Source: Candidatus Melainabacteria bacterium RIFCSPHIGHO2_02_FULL_34_12 (GTDB lineage: Bacteria > Cyanobacteriota > Vampirovibrionia > 2-02-FULL-35-15). From it: a stretch of 64,000 nucleotides of DNA. The stretch spans positions 101,733-165,732 of the forward strand of contig MFRM01000020.1 in assembly GCA_001784555.1 (NCBI GenBank), read 5' to 3'. Positions within the stretch are counted from its first letter, which is position 1, and each line of letters opens with the position of its first letter. A program made the translations under genes and the position numbers. The notes beneath the pieces were generated by a model, which did no database searches, had not been told where the DNA came from, and worked only from the letters and a program-made list of their open reading frames with translations. Shown here one piece after another: positions 1 through 11,189 of this stretch.

Positions 1-906
1 GGTGAAACTATTGCACCGCTTGTAGCATATCTTTGTCATATAAGAAATGACTGTCCAGATTTACAACCTGCCCAGCGTGCTGAATGGGCAAAAAAAGAAT
101 CATTCTTTAGACTTTTAATTAATGAACTATTTTCTGGCGAAGAAGTAAAACAAGATACTTTAAATGCATTGGTAGGTGAAAATCTTAGTGAATATGATTT
201 ACAACTTAAACTAGCAGCTAGAGTAAGCCTAACCACTTCCTTGGAAGAAGATATTAATGGTCTAGGAAACATATTTAAAGAAGATTTAATGGCAATAGAG
301 CCATCTGTTCAAAAACTTCAGAAAAATCCTTATGATTATGAAGCTGCTTGTGTAGTTGGAAGATTTATTTTGCAAAGACCAGAGTTTTTTCAAACTAAGG
401 CAACAGATGTAGATTTAATATCTAAAGTTAAATTGATTTACAGTGTTTTGCCAATTCTTTCTGAAAAAATAAGAGAAATTAAAGAAGCAGATTCTTCAGA
501 ATCTGCTCGATCCCGCCAACCAGCTCAACCACCTCAAAGCGATTCAAAACCTCAAAGTGATTCAAAAATCCCTCTTATTGGAGCTCTTGTCGGTGCACTT
601 GTAGCAGCAGTTAGATTTATTTTTTCAGGTCAGAAAAAAACAGATTTCTTTTCAAGTCTTGGAATGTTATTTGTAGGTGCTCATGCAGGCAGTGCAATTA
701 AATCAAGTCAAGAAGGTGGCTCTATAGGTGGAAAAAGAGCCTGGGCACAAAGTGGAATTGGTCTTATAGTTAGTGCTATTTCTTATTACATGTCACAGAA
801 TAAAGCTACTGGTGCTATCATGCCTCTCTTTACTGGAATTACAGGTGGGTTTCTTGGGTGGATGTCTGAGAATGTAAGATCATTAGCAGGCGTATCTAAA
901 AATTAG
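1..906 (+). CDS. Hypothetical membrane protein, 5'-partial
   Basis: Frame open from base 1 into ORF 169..906; C-terminal Gly/Ala-rich hydrophobic segments; PQSDSK duplicated (18-bp repeat 532-567). Confidence 0.75.
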   Translation, partial: GETIAPLVAYLCHIRNDCPDLQPAQRAEWAKKESFFRLLINELFSGEEVKQDTLNALVGENLSEYDLQLKLAARVSLTTSLEEDINGLGNIFKEDLMAIEPSVQKLQKNPYDYEAACVVGRFILQRPEFFQTKATDVDLISKVKLIYSVLPILSEKIREIKEADSSESARSRQPAQPPQSDSKPQSDSKIPLIGALVGALVAAVRFIFSGQKKTDFFSSLGMLFVGAHAGSAIKSSQEGGSIGGKRAWAQSGIGLIVSAISYYMSQNKATGAIMPLFTGITGGFLGWMSENVRSLAGVSKN

Positions 907-934
907 GAGAGACGCCCCATTGGAGCGTCTGTAC
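906..934. repeat. GTAG-type palindromic repeat, degenerate, between convergent genes
   Basis: ggagagacgccccattggagcgtctgtac; AGACGC/GCGTCT arms. Confidence 0.65.
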
Positions 935-948
935 TTTTTTATAAGCAT

Positions 949-2742
949 TTATTGTGTTATTGCAATTGGTTTTTCTTCAGGTTTATTTAATCCAAAATAT
1001 TGTTCGTAGATTTTTTTAGCTATAGGTGCAGCTACTGTTCCACCATGTCCTGCTTTTTCAGCTAGAACTATGACTACGATTTCAGGTTTATCTGCAGGAG
1101 CGTAAGATGCAAACCATCCGTGAGTTTTTCCTGTGCCATGGATTTCAGCTGAACCGGTTTTTCCAGCTATTTTAACCCCTTCAAGTTTGCTTGCCTGACC
1201 GGTTCCACTATCTACGCACTTTTCAAGTCCAATTTTTACGCTCTTTAAAAGATTTGAATCAATTTTAAAAGTATCAAAAGGCGGAAGTGATTTTGTATAA
1301 GTGCTGATTTGTTTTACTAGCTGTAATTTTGATACTTTAGATCCAGTTGCAATTCCACTGTATATTCTGGCTACTTGTATCGGGGTTACCAGTAAAAAAC
1401 TCTGACCAATTGCATAGTGAAGAGTATTTCCTGGATACCAAGGTTCTTTTAAGTTTTTTTGTTTCCATTTTTGGTCTGGAAGTATTCCAGTATCTTCTCC
1501 TAAGAGCTCAATTCCTGTTTTTTCCCCTGCTCCAAGTAGATCACCCCATTTTTTTATTTGTTCAGGAGTAAGTCTTCTTCCTATCTGATAAAAAGCAGTG
1601 TCACGTGACCATGCCAGGCATTCTTCTACAGGGAGAGTTTCTTCTTTAGATGTCCAGTCGCCAAATCTAGTACTTCCCAGATAAAATGCACCACTTACAT
1701 GAAATCTTTCATGAGGTTTTACAGCCATTGAATCAAGTGCAGCTAAAAGTGTAACAGGTTTCCAGATGCTGCCTGGAACGTATGAGAGTAATGCACGATT
1801 TAAAAAAGCTTTTTTTGCCACTAGTGAATTCCAGGTGTTGTTTGAAAGTGGTTTTGTGAAAATGTTTGGATCGTAATCAGGGTAGCTAGCCAGTGCAAGC
1901 ACTTCACCTGTATTAGGATTCACAGCAACCACTGCTGCATTTGAGCCTGAGCTTTTTATGATTTCTTCTGTGGCTTTTTGTAGTTCTAGATCTATTGTAA
2001 GTGTTATATCTTTTCCTTTAGTTGGGTTAACATGAATGACTGCATGTTTATAATCAGGATCTATTGGTTTACCAAAACGATCTACCTCTACAATGTTTTT
2101 TCCATCTACTCCACGAAGAATATCATCAAATAATCTTTCAATTCCATATTTTCCGACCAGATCCCCCAGCTTTCTATCCGATCTTTTTGCAAGTTCATGT
2201 TCATCTATTTGTGCTATATAACCCAGTACATGTGCTGCAAGAGGGCCATTTGGATAAAACCGAATTGGTTCTTTTTGGATGTTAATGCTAGGAAGATAGT
2301 GTTGCTGTTCTACTATTTGAATTGCTTCTTCTACGGTAATATTGCTTTGAAGCCGTATTGGAAGTGGAGCATTTTCAGGAAGCTTAAGTAAAATCTGTTT
2401 TAATTTTTCATGATTTGATTTTAGAATTCTAGTGAGTTTGTAGTAAATATCCAGCTTCTCTTTTTTTGTCTTTAGTTTATTTGGATAAACAATAACAGAA
2501 ATTGCTTGTTTATTTGTAGCAAGAATTTTCCCGTTTCTGTCATAAATTATTCCTCTGGGAGCACCAAGTATTGAGATGCGTGAGGTAGAATATTGGGCTC
2601 TTTGGGTAATGGATTTGTATTGAAAAATTTGCAGATAAAAAAGACGTAATATAAGGATGGATGTAAAAGTTAAAGTTATTCCTAATAAAACCTTTATTTT
2701 AAAGTCTTTGGTCTTTGATATTTCAATGATATTGAAGGACAT
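949..2742 (-). CDS. mrdA: Penicillin-binding protein 2 (class B transpeptidase)
   Basis: N-terminal TM, RGIIYDRNG, PGSIWK (SxxK), KTG motif. Confidence 0.9.
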   Translation of the reverse strand: MSFNIIEISKTKDFKIKVLLGITLTFTSILILRLFYLQIFQYKSITQRAQYSTSRISILGAPRGIIYDRNGKILATNKQAISVIVYPNKLKTKKEKLDIYYKLTRILKSNHEKLKQILLKLPENAPLPIRLQSNITVEEAIQIVEQQHYLPSINIQKEPIRFYPNGPLAAHVLGYIAQIDEHELAKRSDRKLGDLVGKYGIERLFDDILRGVDGKNIVEVDRFGKPIDPDYKHAVIHVNPTKGKDITLTIDLELQKATEEIIKSSGSNAAVVAVNPNTGEVLALASYPDYDPNIFTKPLSNNTWNSLVAKKAFLNRALLSYVPGSIWKPVTLLAALDSMAVKPHERFHVSGAFYLGSTRFGDWTSKEETLPVEECLAWSRDTAFYQIGRRLTPEQIKKWGDLLGAGEKTGIELLGEDTGILPDQKWKQKNLKEPWYPGNTLHYAIGQSFLLVTPIQVARIYSGIATGSKVSKLQLVKQISTYTKSLPPFDTFKIDSNLLKSVKIGLEKCVDSGTGQASKLEGVKIAGKTGSAEIHGTGKTHGWFASYAPADKPEIVVIVLAEKAGHGGTVAAPIAKKIYEQYFGLNKPEEKPIAITQ

Positions 2743-2908
2743 ATATGATTGACATTTTACCTTAGAGGCAGCCCCTTAAATTGTATTTTTTTTGATCAAT
2801 CAATTAAAAGTTGTGGAATAATATTGTAGAAAGGTTTTATACCTTTCAGTGGAAAATGAAAGTTAAGAAAACAGTTTAGGATAAAAATTAACAAAGGAGT
2901 TAATAATT

Positions 2909-4192
2909 ATGCCAACCATGAATTTACCAATACCAAAAATCGAAGGACCGACCTGTTTTGATGCTGAGAGCTGCTTTTTTCAGTCAGTTGCTCAAAAAAT
3001 AAGTTTTATAGATGAAAACTTATTAAAAGTTCTGAATAGCTTCAGGCGTGAAATATCTATGGAGATTCCGCTTAGAAAAGATAACGGAACTCTTATTACA
3101 ATTAAAGCTTACAGAGTCCAACACAACAATGCCCGTGGACCTTACAAAGGTGGATTTAGAATTCATCAAAATGTCACCCTTGAAGAAGTTCGGATGCTTG
3201 CAAATTTAATGACCTGGAAAGGGGCTGTTGTAAATATTCCTTTCGGTGGAGCAAAAGGTGGAATTACACTTGATCCAAAAACTCTAACTAGAACTGAACT
3301 TGAAAGATTAGTGAGAGCTTATACATATAATCTAGGTGATAATGTAGGTCCTCATACTGACATTCCTGCACCTGATGTAAACACTGGTGCACAGACGATG
3401 GCATGGTTTTACGATGAATATGCAAAATCTCACAGTACTGATGCACTGGCAGTGGTTACTGGAAAACCAGTTGGGCTTGGAGGTTCTGAGGGTAGAGAAG
3501 AAGCGACAGGTCGGGGTGCTATGTATACGCTTAGAGAAATTGCAAAAGATCTAAAGATTGATCTAAGTCAGACAAAAATTCTGATAGAAGGTTTTGGAAA
3601 TGTCGGATATCATGCTGCCAGGCTCATAGTAGAAGAACTAAAAGGAAAAATCGTAGGAGTTTCTACATCTAAGGGTGGTATCTATAATCCAAAAGGAATA
3701 GATGTAAAAGCAGCACATGATCATTATTCTAAAAATGGATCTTTAAAAGGATTTCCAAATGTAGATCATATGACTCCTGGAGAATTCCTTTTTGCTGATT
3801 GTGATATTTTAATCCCTTCAGCACTTGAGGGCTCCATTGATAATAAAGTAGCAGACAAGACAAATGCTCAGATTATTATTGAAGGTGCAAATGGTCCTGT
3901 TACAGCATCGGCAAATGAAATTCTTCTTGATAAGAGAAAGGTTGTGGCTCCAGGTATTCTTGCAAATGCAGGTGGAGTAATTGTTTCCTACTTTGAATGG
4001 GTTCAAAATCTCCAGCAGTTTTACTGGAGCCATGAAGAAGTAAACAAAAAACTTGAAAAAATTATTTGTAATGCTTATGTAAACGTACGAGATCAATCAC
4101 GAAAAAATAAGATCTCTTTGCGTCAGGCAGCATATACAATCGGACTTGAAAGAGTTGCACAGGCTTGTATACTGCGTGGGACAGGGTTTTAA
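2909..4192 (+). CDS. gdhA: Glutamate dehydrogenase (Glu/Leu/Phe/Val family)
   Basis: RGPYKGG, FGGAKGG, DIPAPDV, GFGNVG, NAGGVIVSYFEW. Confidence 0.92.
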   Translation: MPTMNLPIPKIEGPTCFDAESCFFQSVAQKISFIDENLLKVLNSFRREISMEIPLRKDNGTLITIKAYRVQHNNARGPYKGGFRIHQNVTLEEVRMLANLMTWKGAVVNIPFGGAKGGITLDPKTLTRTELERLVRAYTYNLGDNVGPHTDIPAPDVNTGAQTMAWFYDEYAKSHSTDALAVVTGKPVGLGGSEGREEATGRGAMYTLREIAKDLKIDLSQTKILIEGFGNVGYHAARLIVEELKGKIVGVSTSKGGIYNPKGIDVKAAHDHYSKNGSLKGFPNVDHMTPGEFLFADCDILIPSALEGSIDNKVADKTNAQIIIEGANGPVTASANEILLDKRKVVAPGILANAGGVIVSYFEWVQNLQQFYWSHEEVNKKLEKIICNAYVNVRDQSRKNKISLRQAAYTIGLERVAQACILRGTGF

Positions 4193-4196
4193 TATT

Positions 4197-4222
4197 GGGG
4201 CAGGCGTAAAACCTGCCCTTAC
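4197..4222. repeat. GTAG-type palindromic repeat between convergent gdhA and gatB (may act as terminator)
   Basis: ggggcagg-cgtaaaa-cctgcccttac. Confidence 0.7.
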
Positions 4223-4229
4223 GTTTTCT

Positions 4230-5687
4230 TTAAGATTGTATTAATTCATCAATTATTTTATTTACAATGGCTGGATTAGCTTTTCCACTCATTTTTTTCA
4301 TTACTTGCCCTACGAAAAATCCTTTTACTTTGTCTTTTCCTTCTTTCAGTTCTTTTACCTGATTTGGATTAGCATCAAAAATCTCCTTTACAGCTTGCTT
4401 AATGGGACCTTCATCGGAAACTTGAGCAAGTCCTTTTTGTTTAATTATTTCTTCTGTATCAGTACCTTTGCCCAGAAGCTCATCCAGAACTTCGGTTTTG
4501 GCAATGTTATCATTTATAATTCCTTTTTCTATAAAGCTTAAAAGATCATAGAGTTGTTTTGGAGTCATGCAGCAGTTAATTATGTCTATTTTATGTTCTT
4601 TTAAATATGCTGTAACTGGTCCTATAAGCCAGTTTGCAGCTTTTTTTGGGTTTGCTCCAATTCTTACTACTGCTTCATAATATTCAGCCATATTTCTGTC
4701 TTCCACTAAGACTTTAGTATCTTCTGTACTTAAGCCATATTCTTGCGGGTATCTGATTTTTTTCTGGTGCGGTAATTCAGGAATTGATTCTTTGATCTGA
4801 TTTATCCATTCTTGTGATATTTCAAGTGGCACTAGATCTGGCTCGGGGAAGTACCTATAATCATGAGCTTCTTCTTTACTTCGCATGGATACAGTTCTTC
4901 CGCTATTTTCTTCAAAAAGCCTGGTCTCCTGAATAATTTTTCCTCCGCTGTCTAATACTTCTGATTGTCTTTCAATTTCAGATTCAATAGATCTAACCAG
5001 GGACTTAAAACTGTTTACATTTTTAATTTCAGTTCTTGTCCCTAAAGTTTTAGTTCCAACCGGACGTAAACTTACGTTCACATCGCAGCGCATAGAACCT
5101 TCTTCCAGATTGCCGTCACAGACGTCTAGATATCTAAGTATGCTTCTTAAAGTTTGTGCATATTCCCTGGCTTCTTCCATTGATCTTATATCTGGTTTGC
5201 TGACTATTTCAATAAGCGGGGTGCCGGTACGGTTATAATCCACCAGACTGTATTCAGAACCATGTAAACGATCTGAACCTGCATGAACAAGCTTTCCTGC
5301 ATCTTCTTCCATATGGATTCTTTCAATTCCAATAATTTTTCCGTTTACTTCTAAGTGACCAGTTTTACAAATAGGCTGATCATATTGGGAAATTTGATAA
5401 TTTTTAGGCAAGTCAGGATAAAAATATTGTTTTCTGTCAAACTTACAATGCTTTGATATTTCACAATTTAATGCAAGCCCGGTTTTAATTGCAAATGCAA
5501 CTACTTGTTTATTTAAAACAGGTAATACTCCCGGCATTCCAAGACATACAGGACAGACATTTGTATTTGGTTCAGCTCCAAAATCTACTGGACAATTACA
5601 GAAGATTTTTGTTTTAGTCTTAAGCTGAGCATGAACCTCAAGCCCGATAACCACTTCATATTTTGTTTTTATTTGTACGACTGCCAT
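4230..5687 (-). CDS. gatB: Asp/Glu-tRNA amidotransferase subunit B
   Basis: VIGLEVHAQL, YFYPDLPKNYQISQ, DYRYFPEPDL. Confidence 0.97.
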   Translation of the reverse strand: MAVVQIKTKYEVVIGLEVHAQLKTKTKIFCNCPVDFGAEPNTNVCPVCLGMPGVLPVLNKQVVAFAIKTGLALNCEISKHCKFDRKQYFYPDLPKNYQISQYDQPICKTGHLEVNGKIIGIERIHMEEDAGKLVHAGSDRLHGSEYSLVDYNRTGTPLIEIVSKPDIRSMEEAREYAQTLRSILRYLDVCDGNLEEGSMRCDVNVSLRPVGTKTLGTRTEIKNVNSFKSLVRSIESEIERQSEVLDSGGKIIQETRLFEENSGRTVSMRSKEEAHDYRYFPEPDLVPLEISQEWINQIKESIPELPHQKKIRYPQEYGLSTEDTKVLVEDRNMAEYYEAVVRIGANPKKAANWLIGPVTAYLKEHKIDIINCCMTPKQLYDLLSFIEKGIINDNIAKTEVLDELLGKGTDTEEIIKQKGLAQVSDEGPIKQAVKEIFDANPNQVKELKEGKDKVKGFFVGQVMKKMSGKANPAIVNKIIDELIQS

Positions 5688-5706
5688 TTAATTCATTTTA
5701 CATGAT

Positions 5707-5733
5707 ATATGGCGTACTGCGGTATGCCCCTAC
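5707..5733. repeat. GTAG-type palindromic repeat, degenerate, in gatB/trpA divergent spacer
   Basis: ggcgtactgcggtatgcccctac. Confidence 0.65.
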
Positions 5734-5752
5734 GTTCTATAATGATCTCGAA

Positions 5753-6508
5753 ATGAAGAAACAATCATTATTAATACCATATATAACTGCAGGTTATCCT
5801 TCAAAAAAATTATTTATACCAATTTTAAAGACGTTGTCGTTGTCAGATTCAAAAGCTAATTTTATAGAAGTAGGAGTGCCCCATTCAGATCCTCTTGCTG
5901 ATGGTCCTGTTATTCAGGAGTCATCTAAAATCGCCTTAGAAAATGGAGTGACGTTGAGATGGATCGTAGAGACGTTGTGCACAACGTCTCTACAGCGCGG
6001 AATAAAACCTCTGATTTTATTTTCTTATTTAAACCCGATCTTAAAATATGGATTTGAAAAATTATTGAAGGATCTTCCAAAGCCGTTATTTTACGGACTT
6101 ATAATCCCCGATCTGCCTCTGGAAGAAGCTGAAAAATATTTACCTTTATTTAAAAAACACAGATTAAATTTAATTCTTCTTGCAGCACCCACTACAAAAA
6201 AAACAAAATTAAAAAAAATCGCAAAAATGTCTGGTGGATTTATTTACCTGGTTGCAGTTACAGGAGTAACCGGTGAAAGAAAGAAACTCTCTTCAGATTT
6301 AAAAGTAAAAATTAAAGAAATAAAATCCTTTACCTCAAAACCAGTTGCTGTCGGATTTGGAATAGGTAATGCCAAGCAGGCAAAAGAAGTGATATCTTTT
6401 GGTGCTGATGGTGTAGTTGTAGGCAGTGCGATTATAAAGTTATTAAAAGAATCTAAAAATAACCATAGACTTTTAAAACTAAAAAAATTTGTAAAAACTT
6501 TTTCTTAA
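5753..6508 (+). CDS. trpA: Tryptophan synthase alpha chain
   Basis: PYITAGYP, EVGVPHSDPLADGPVIQ, GVTG, GFGI, ADGVVVGSA; start moved to ATG 5753. Confidence 0.95.
   Translation: MKKQSLLIPYITAGYPSKKLFIPILKTLSLSDSKANFIEVGVPHSDPLADGPVIQESSKIALENGVTLRWIVETLCTTSLQRGIKPLILFSYLNPILKYGFEKLLKDLPKPLFYGLIIPDLPLEEAEKYLPLFKKHRLNLILLAAPTTKKTKLKKIAKMSGGFIYLVAVTGVTGERKKLSSDLKVKIKEIKSFTSKPVAVGFGIGNAKQAKEVISFGADGVVVGSAIIKLLKESKNNHRLLKLKKFVKTFS
5966..5993. repeat. Perfect 28-bp GTAG palindrome in-frame within trpA
   Basis: GTAGAGACGTTGTG|CACAACGTCTCTAC encodes VETLCTTSL. Confidence 0.9.
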
Positions 6509-7290
6509 ACAGCTACTGTGTTTAAGCTTATAAGATTTACTTTAAAATCACCGCATAGATATAAGTTAGCGAATCTACGCATCTTATCTGCCTGAGCAGT
6601 TGTATAAAGAGAAATCTGAGGTTTCGCTCCACCAGAGGCGTTGCGCACAACACCTCTACTAAATTCATTTATTAAACTAACAGCGGGATCAATAAGATGT
6701 ACTTTTGTAAGTTCACTTAATTTATCCTGAATAATAGGGTAATGAGTACATCCTAAAATTAAAGCCTCGGAATCTTTTGATGTTTTTTCTAGATATTCGC
6801 GAATTATATTTTCTTTTTCATCATTGTCATAATTTAAATCCTCAATCATGGGTACAAGTTTAGGACAGGCAATTTCTTCTACTTCTAAGGAGTTATTCGT
6901 TTTTTGAACTGCTTTTTTATATGCAGCGCTATTAGCTACCAGGTTTGTTGCCCAGACTGATATTCTCTTATATTTTGAATTCGCAATTTCTTTTGCACAG
7001 CTCTCAATCATTCCATAGATAGGTACATTTAATTTATTTTGATATTCTGTAAGAACCAGTGCTGAACTGGTATTGCAGGCCATTATTATTGTTTTTGGAT
7101 CAAATTTAACTAACCATTTTACGATTTCATTTACTATACTATTAATTTCTTCTTTTGTTTTATCTCCAAAAGGTACTCTGGCAAGATCAGCAAGATATAT
7201 GTAATCTTCGTCAGGAAATTTTTCCAAGAGCTTTTTCAGGACAGTAAGCCCCCCTATTCCTGAGTCAAATAAACATATAGGTTTGTTCAT
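6505..7290 (-). CDS. murI: Glutamate racemase
   Basis: FDSGIGGLTV, ACNTSS, LGCTHYP. Confidence 0.95.
   Translation of the reverse strand: MNKPICLFDSGIGGLTVLKKLLEKFPDEDYIYLADLARVPFGDKTKEEINSIVNEIVKWLVKFDPKTIIMACNTSSALVLTEYQNKLNVPIYGMIESCAKEIANSKYKRISVWATNLVANSAAYKKAVQKTNNSLEVEEIACPKLVPMIEDLNYDNDEKENIIREYLEKTSKDSEALILGCTHYPIIQDKLSELTKVHLIDPAVSLINEFSRGVVRNASGGAKPQISLYTTAQADKMRRFANLYLCGDFKVNLISLNTVAV
6632..6659. repeat. GTAG palindrome in-frame within murI
   Basis: Minus strand GTAGAGGTGTTGTGCGCAACGCCTCTGG encodes SRGVVRNASG. Confidence 0.85.
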
Positions 7291-8675
7291 TGTTTTTTCT
7301 TTTCGCCGTCTCTCCCCATCGCCGATTCGCCGTTTCTTTCCTCTTTCCTGGGTTCTACATCTAAAAATTTAAGTATAGCTTCAGTTAATGCTTTTGCATA
7401 TTTGTCTTGAGTAGTTGAGTTTGTTAAGAGCTTTCTATCATCGTGATTACTTAAGAAACCAAGTTCAGCAAGAATAGCAGGGCAGGAAGCGTGTCGTATT
7501 ACAAAGAACCTGGCTTTTCGAATAAAATGATCTGGTATTTTTATGTGGCTTAATATACTCTTGTGAATCAGGTATGCAAGTTTCTCACTTTTTCCAGTCC
7601 ACCAGTATGTTTCTACTCCTCTAATAGTTCGAGTTGTTTTAAGAGCATTTCCATGAATACTTATAAATACGTGAGGTTTTATACTGTTTGTAATTTCTAC
7701 TCTTTCTGCAAGAGAAAGAAAACCATCATCGTCTCTTGTAAGAAATACGGCAATACCGTATTCTTCAAGACTTTTCTTAAGCTTTTCAGAAATCACAAGG
7801 TTAACATCTTTTTCGTCAAACCCGCCGTAACTTGCGCCTGTATCATAACCTCCGTGTCCTGGATCAATAACTACTTTTATAGATGATTTTTTTCTTTCTT
7901 CTTCTTTTTCTTTGTTTATTTTTAATTTGATTTTAAGTTTGTTTCCAAGTAAAGTTGAATCAATGTTAGAGTCAATATTTTCTTTTGCAAGATCAATGAC
8001 AATTCTTGTGGCGTCTATGCTGCTTGCCGCACGGCCAATCCTTATTCCACTGACCAGGAATGTAGGATTGAATTTTGGTAATGAGCTTTCAGGAGGAAGA
8101 ACATTTAATAAATCAATTGCAATTCTGTCCGGATTTTTTAACGCATAAGTATTATATTTAATTGATTTTGTGCTTGAAATTGTTATTTCAGTTTCATCCT
8201 GAATCCCTTCGACTATAATATCTTTAAATTTACCCGGAGTATATTTTTCCAGATCTGTTTGATCACTACTTTCAGTTATCTTCCCGTTTTCTTCGGTGTC
8301 TATTCTAGCCACTTTGATTATGAGAGTTCGTTCATTGTTTGTCAGATAGGCTTTTCTGTTAATAGAAGAAATACCCTGAAATATAATTCTTACCTGTCCC
8401 TGCGTGGGTTCTGATACTGAAATGTTTTCATCCAGTTCGCTTCTAAATTTTGTTTCGAGAGATTTATTTTGGAGAGAACAATTTAAAATATCAATTATCA
8501 GTCTTTCTGGATCTTTAAGTCTTGCTTCTGCATAAGTGATTTTATTTGTGGTGTTTAAAATTAAAGAATTATTTTCCCAAGATACTGAGGTCGTTTCATT
8601 TAAAATATTTTGTGCAAAGATCTGGTTTACACTAACAATGAAAACTAAAAATAATGAAACTAACCTGGTAACCAT
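7287..8675 (-). CDS. N-acetylmuramoyl-L-alanine amidase (AMIN domains + Amidase_3)
   Basis: Signal peptide, two LKxPxR(L/I)xID AMIN-like segments, IDPGHGG, ISIHGN, LAELGFLSN. Confidence 0.9.
   Translation of the reverse strand: MVTRLVSLFLVFIVSVNQIFAQNILNETTSVSWENNSLILNTTNKITYAEARLKDPERLIIDILNCSLQNKSLETKFRSELDENISVSEPTQGQVRIIFQGISSINRKAYLTNNERTLIIKVARIDTEENGKITESSDQTDLEKYTPGKFKDIIVEGIQDETEITISSTKSIKYNTYALKNPDRIAIDLLNVLPPESSLPKFNPTFLVSGIRIGRAASSIDATRIVIDLAKENIDSNIDSTLLGNKLKIKLKINKEKEEERKKSSIKVVIDPGHGGYDTGASYGGFDEKDVNLVISEKLKKSLEEYGIAVFLTRDDDGFLSLAERVEITNSIKPHVFISIHGNALKTTRTIRGVETYWWTGKSEKLAYLIHKSILSHIKIPDHFIRKARFFVIRHASCPAILAELGFLSNHDDRKLLTNSTTQDKYAKALTEAILKFLDVEPRKEERNGESAMGRDGEKKKQ
7303..7334. 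repeat. 4x 8-bp TCGCCNNN tandem repeat at amidase 3' end
   Basis: tcgccgtc tctcccca tcgccgat tcgccgtt. Confidence 0.75.
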
Positions 8676-8681
8676 AATTAA

Positions 8682-9851
<1,170 letters not shown>

Positions 9852-9890
9852 TCAATTTCTAAAACGACATGCTAATATTTTAAATGATTT

Positions 9891-11189
9891 ATGACTAATC
9901 TACTTATTAAAAACGGAAGATACATTAATCCAAAAACCAATACAGATGAGAAGCTTGATGTATTAGTACAAGAAGGCAAAGTAGTTGATTTAAAGAAAGA
10001 AATAAATTTAAACGGTGATACTACTGTAATTGAGGCTAAGAATTTATGGGTAGTGCCTGGACTTATTGATATACATTGCCACTTACGTGATCCTGGGCAA
10101 CCTGAAAAAGAGACCATTGAAACCGGAACAAAATCTGCAGCTAGCGGAGGTTTTACTAGTATTTGCCCAATGGCAAATACTAAACCACCGATTGATACTG
10201 CTGCTTTAGTGGAGTATGTAAACAAAACAAATCAAAAGATTGGAATAGTTAATATTTTTCAGATTGCAGCAGTTACTAAAGGTCTTATGCAGGAAGAGCT
10301 AACTCCTTTTGAAGAACTGAAATCTGCAGGAGCTATAGGTTTTTCAGATGACGGCAAACCAATTGAAAATTTAAAGCTTCTTCGACATGCCCTTGAATAT
10401 GCGCAGATTATTGATGCGAATATTATAAGTCATGCTGAAGATTCAAAACTTTGTTGTGGAGGCGCAGTTCATGAAGGATACTGGTCTGTAAAACTTGGTA
10501 TACCCGGAATACCTTCAAGCAGTGAGGCTACATGCGTAGCCAGAGAGATTGAACTTGTCAGGCAGACAAAAGGCAAATTACATTTTGCTCATGTAAGTAC
10601 CAAAGAAGCTGTGGATTTAATTAGACAGGCAAAAAGTGATAGGTTGCGAATTACAGCTGAGGTAGCACCTCATCATTTAATTCTTACAGATGAAGATATT
10701 CAGGATTTTGACACTAATAAAAAAATGAACCCGCCAGTGCGATCAAAAGAAGATAAAGATGCATTGATTAAAGGAGTTTTAGATGGAACGCTTGATACAT
10801 TTGCAACTGATCATGCCCCACATACGCAGGAAGAAAAATCCAGATCTCTTTCTGAGGCACCGTTTGGAATAATTGGATTTGAAACTGCGCTTTCTCTTTA
10901 TCTTGAGGTCTTTTATCATACACAAAAGCTGTCACCGCTAAGTTTTATTAAAATGTTAACAATAAATCCTGCCTCAGTACTTAATATTCCTAGAGGTTCA
11001 ATATCAAAAGGTGATATTGCAGACATTACAATAATTAATCCAGAATACTCCTGGAAATATGATGTAAATAAATCATTGTCAAAATCCCGCAACTCACCTT
11101 TTCATAAGAAAACACTTAAAGGCAAAGCTTTATATACAATAGTTAACGGGAAAATTGTGCACAAAGAATTAAATGTTAACTATAACTAA
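9891..11189 (+). CDS. pyrC: Dihydroorotase
   Basis: PGLIDIHCHLRDPG, KMNPPVR, ATDHAPH. Confidence 0.94.
   Translation: MTNLLIKNGRYINPKTNTDEKLDVLVQEGKVVDLKKEINLNGDTTVIEAKNLWVVPGLIDIHCHLRDPGQPEKETIETGTKSAASGGFTSICPMANTKPPIDTAALVEYVNKTNQKIGIVNIFQIAAVTKGLMQEELTPFEELKSAGAIGFSDDGKPIENLKLLRHALEYAQIIDANIISHAEDSKLCCGGAVHEGYWSVKLGIPGIPSSSEATCVAREIELVRQTKGKLHFAHVSTKEAVDLIRQAKSDRLRITAEVAPHHLILTDEDIQDFDTNKKMNPPVRSKEDKDALIKGVLDGTLDTFATDHAPHTQEEKSRSLSEAPFGIIGFETALSLYLEVFYHTQKLSPLSFIKMLTINPASVLNIPRGSISKGDIADITIINPEYSWKYDVNKSLSKSRNSPFHKKTLKGKALYTIVNGKIVHKELNVNYN

Noticed and set aside
486..507. Palindrome AGCAGATTCT-tc-AGAATCTGCT inside the first ORF
   Set aside because: No similarity to the repeat families; single occurrence and may be chance.
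5663..5752. N-terminal extension of TrpA in the ORF track (likewise gcvPB 25316-25390, panB 53707-53736, 54594-54626)
   Set aside because: Extensions run through intergenic repeats or the neighbouring gene; homology starts at the downstream ATG, so these repeat copies were counted as intergenic.
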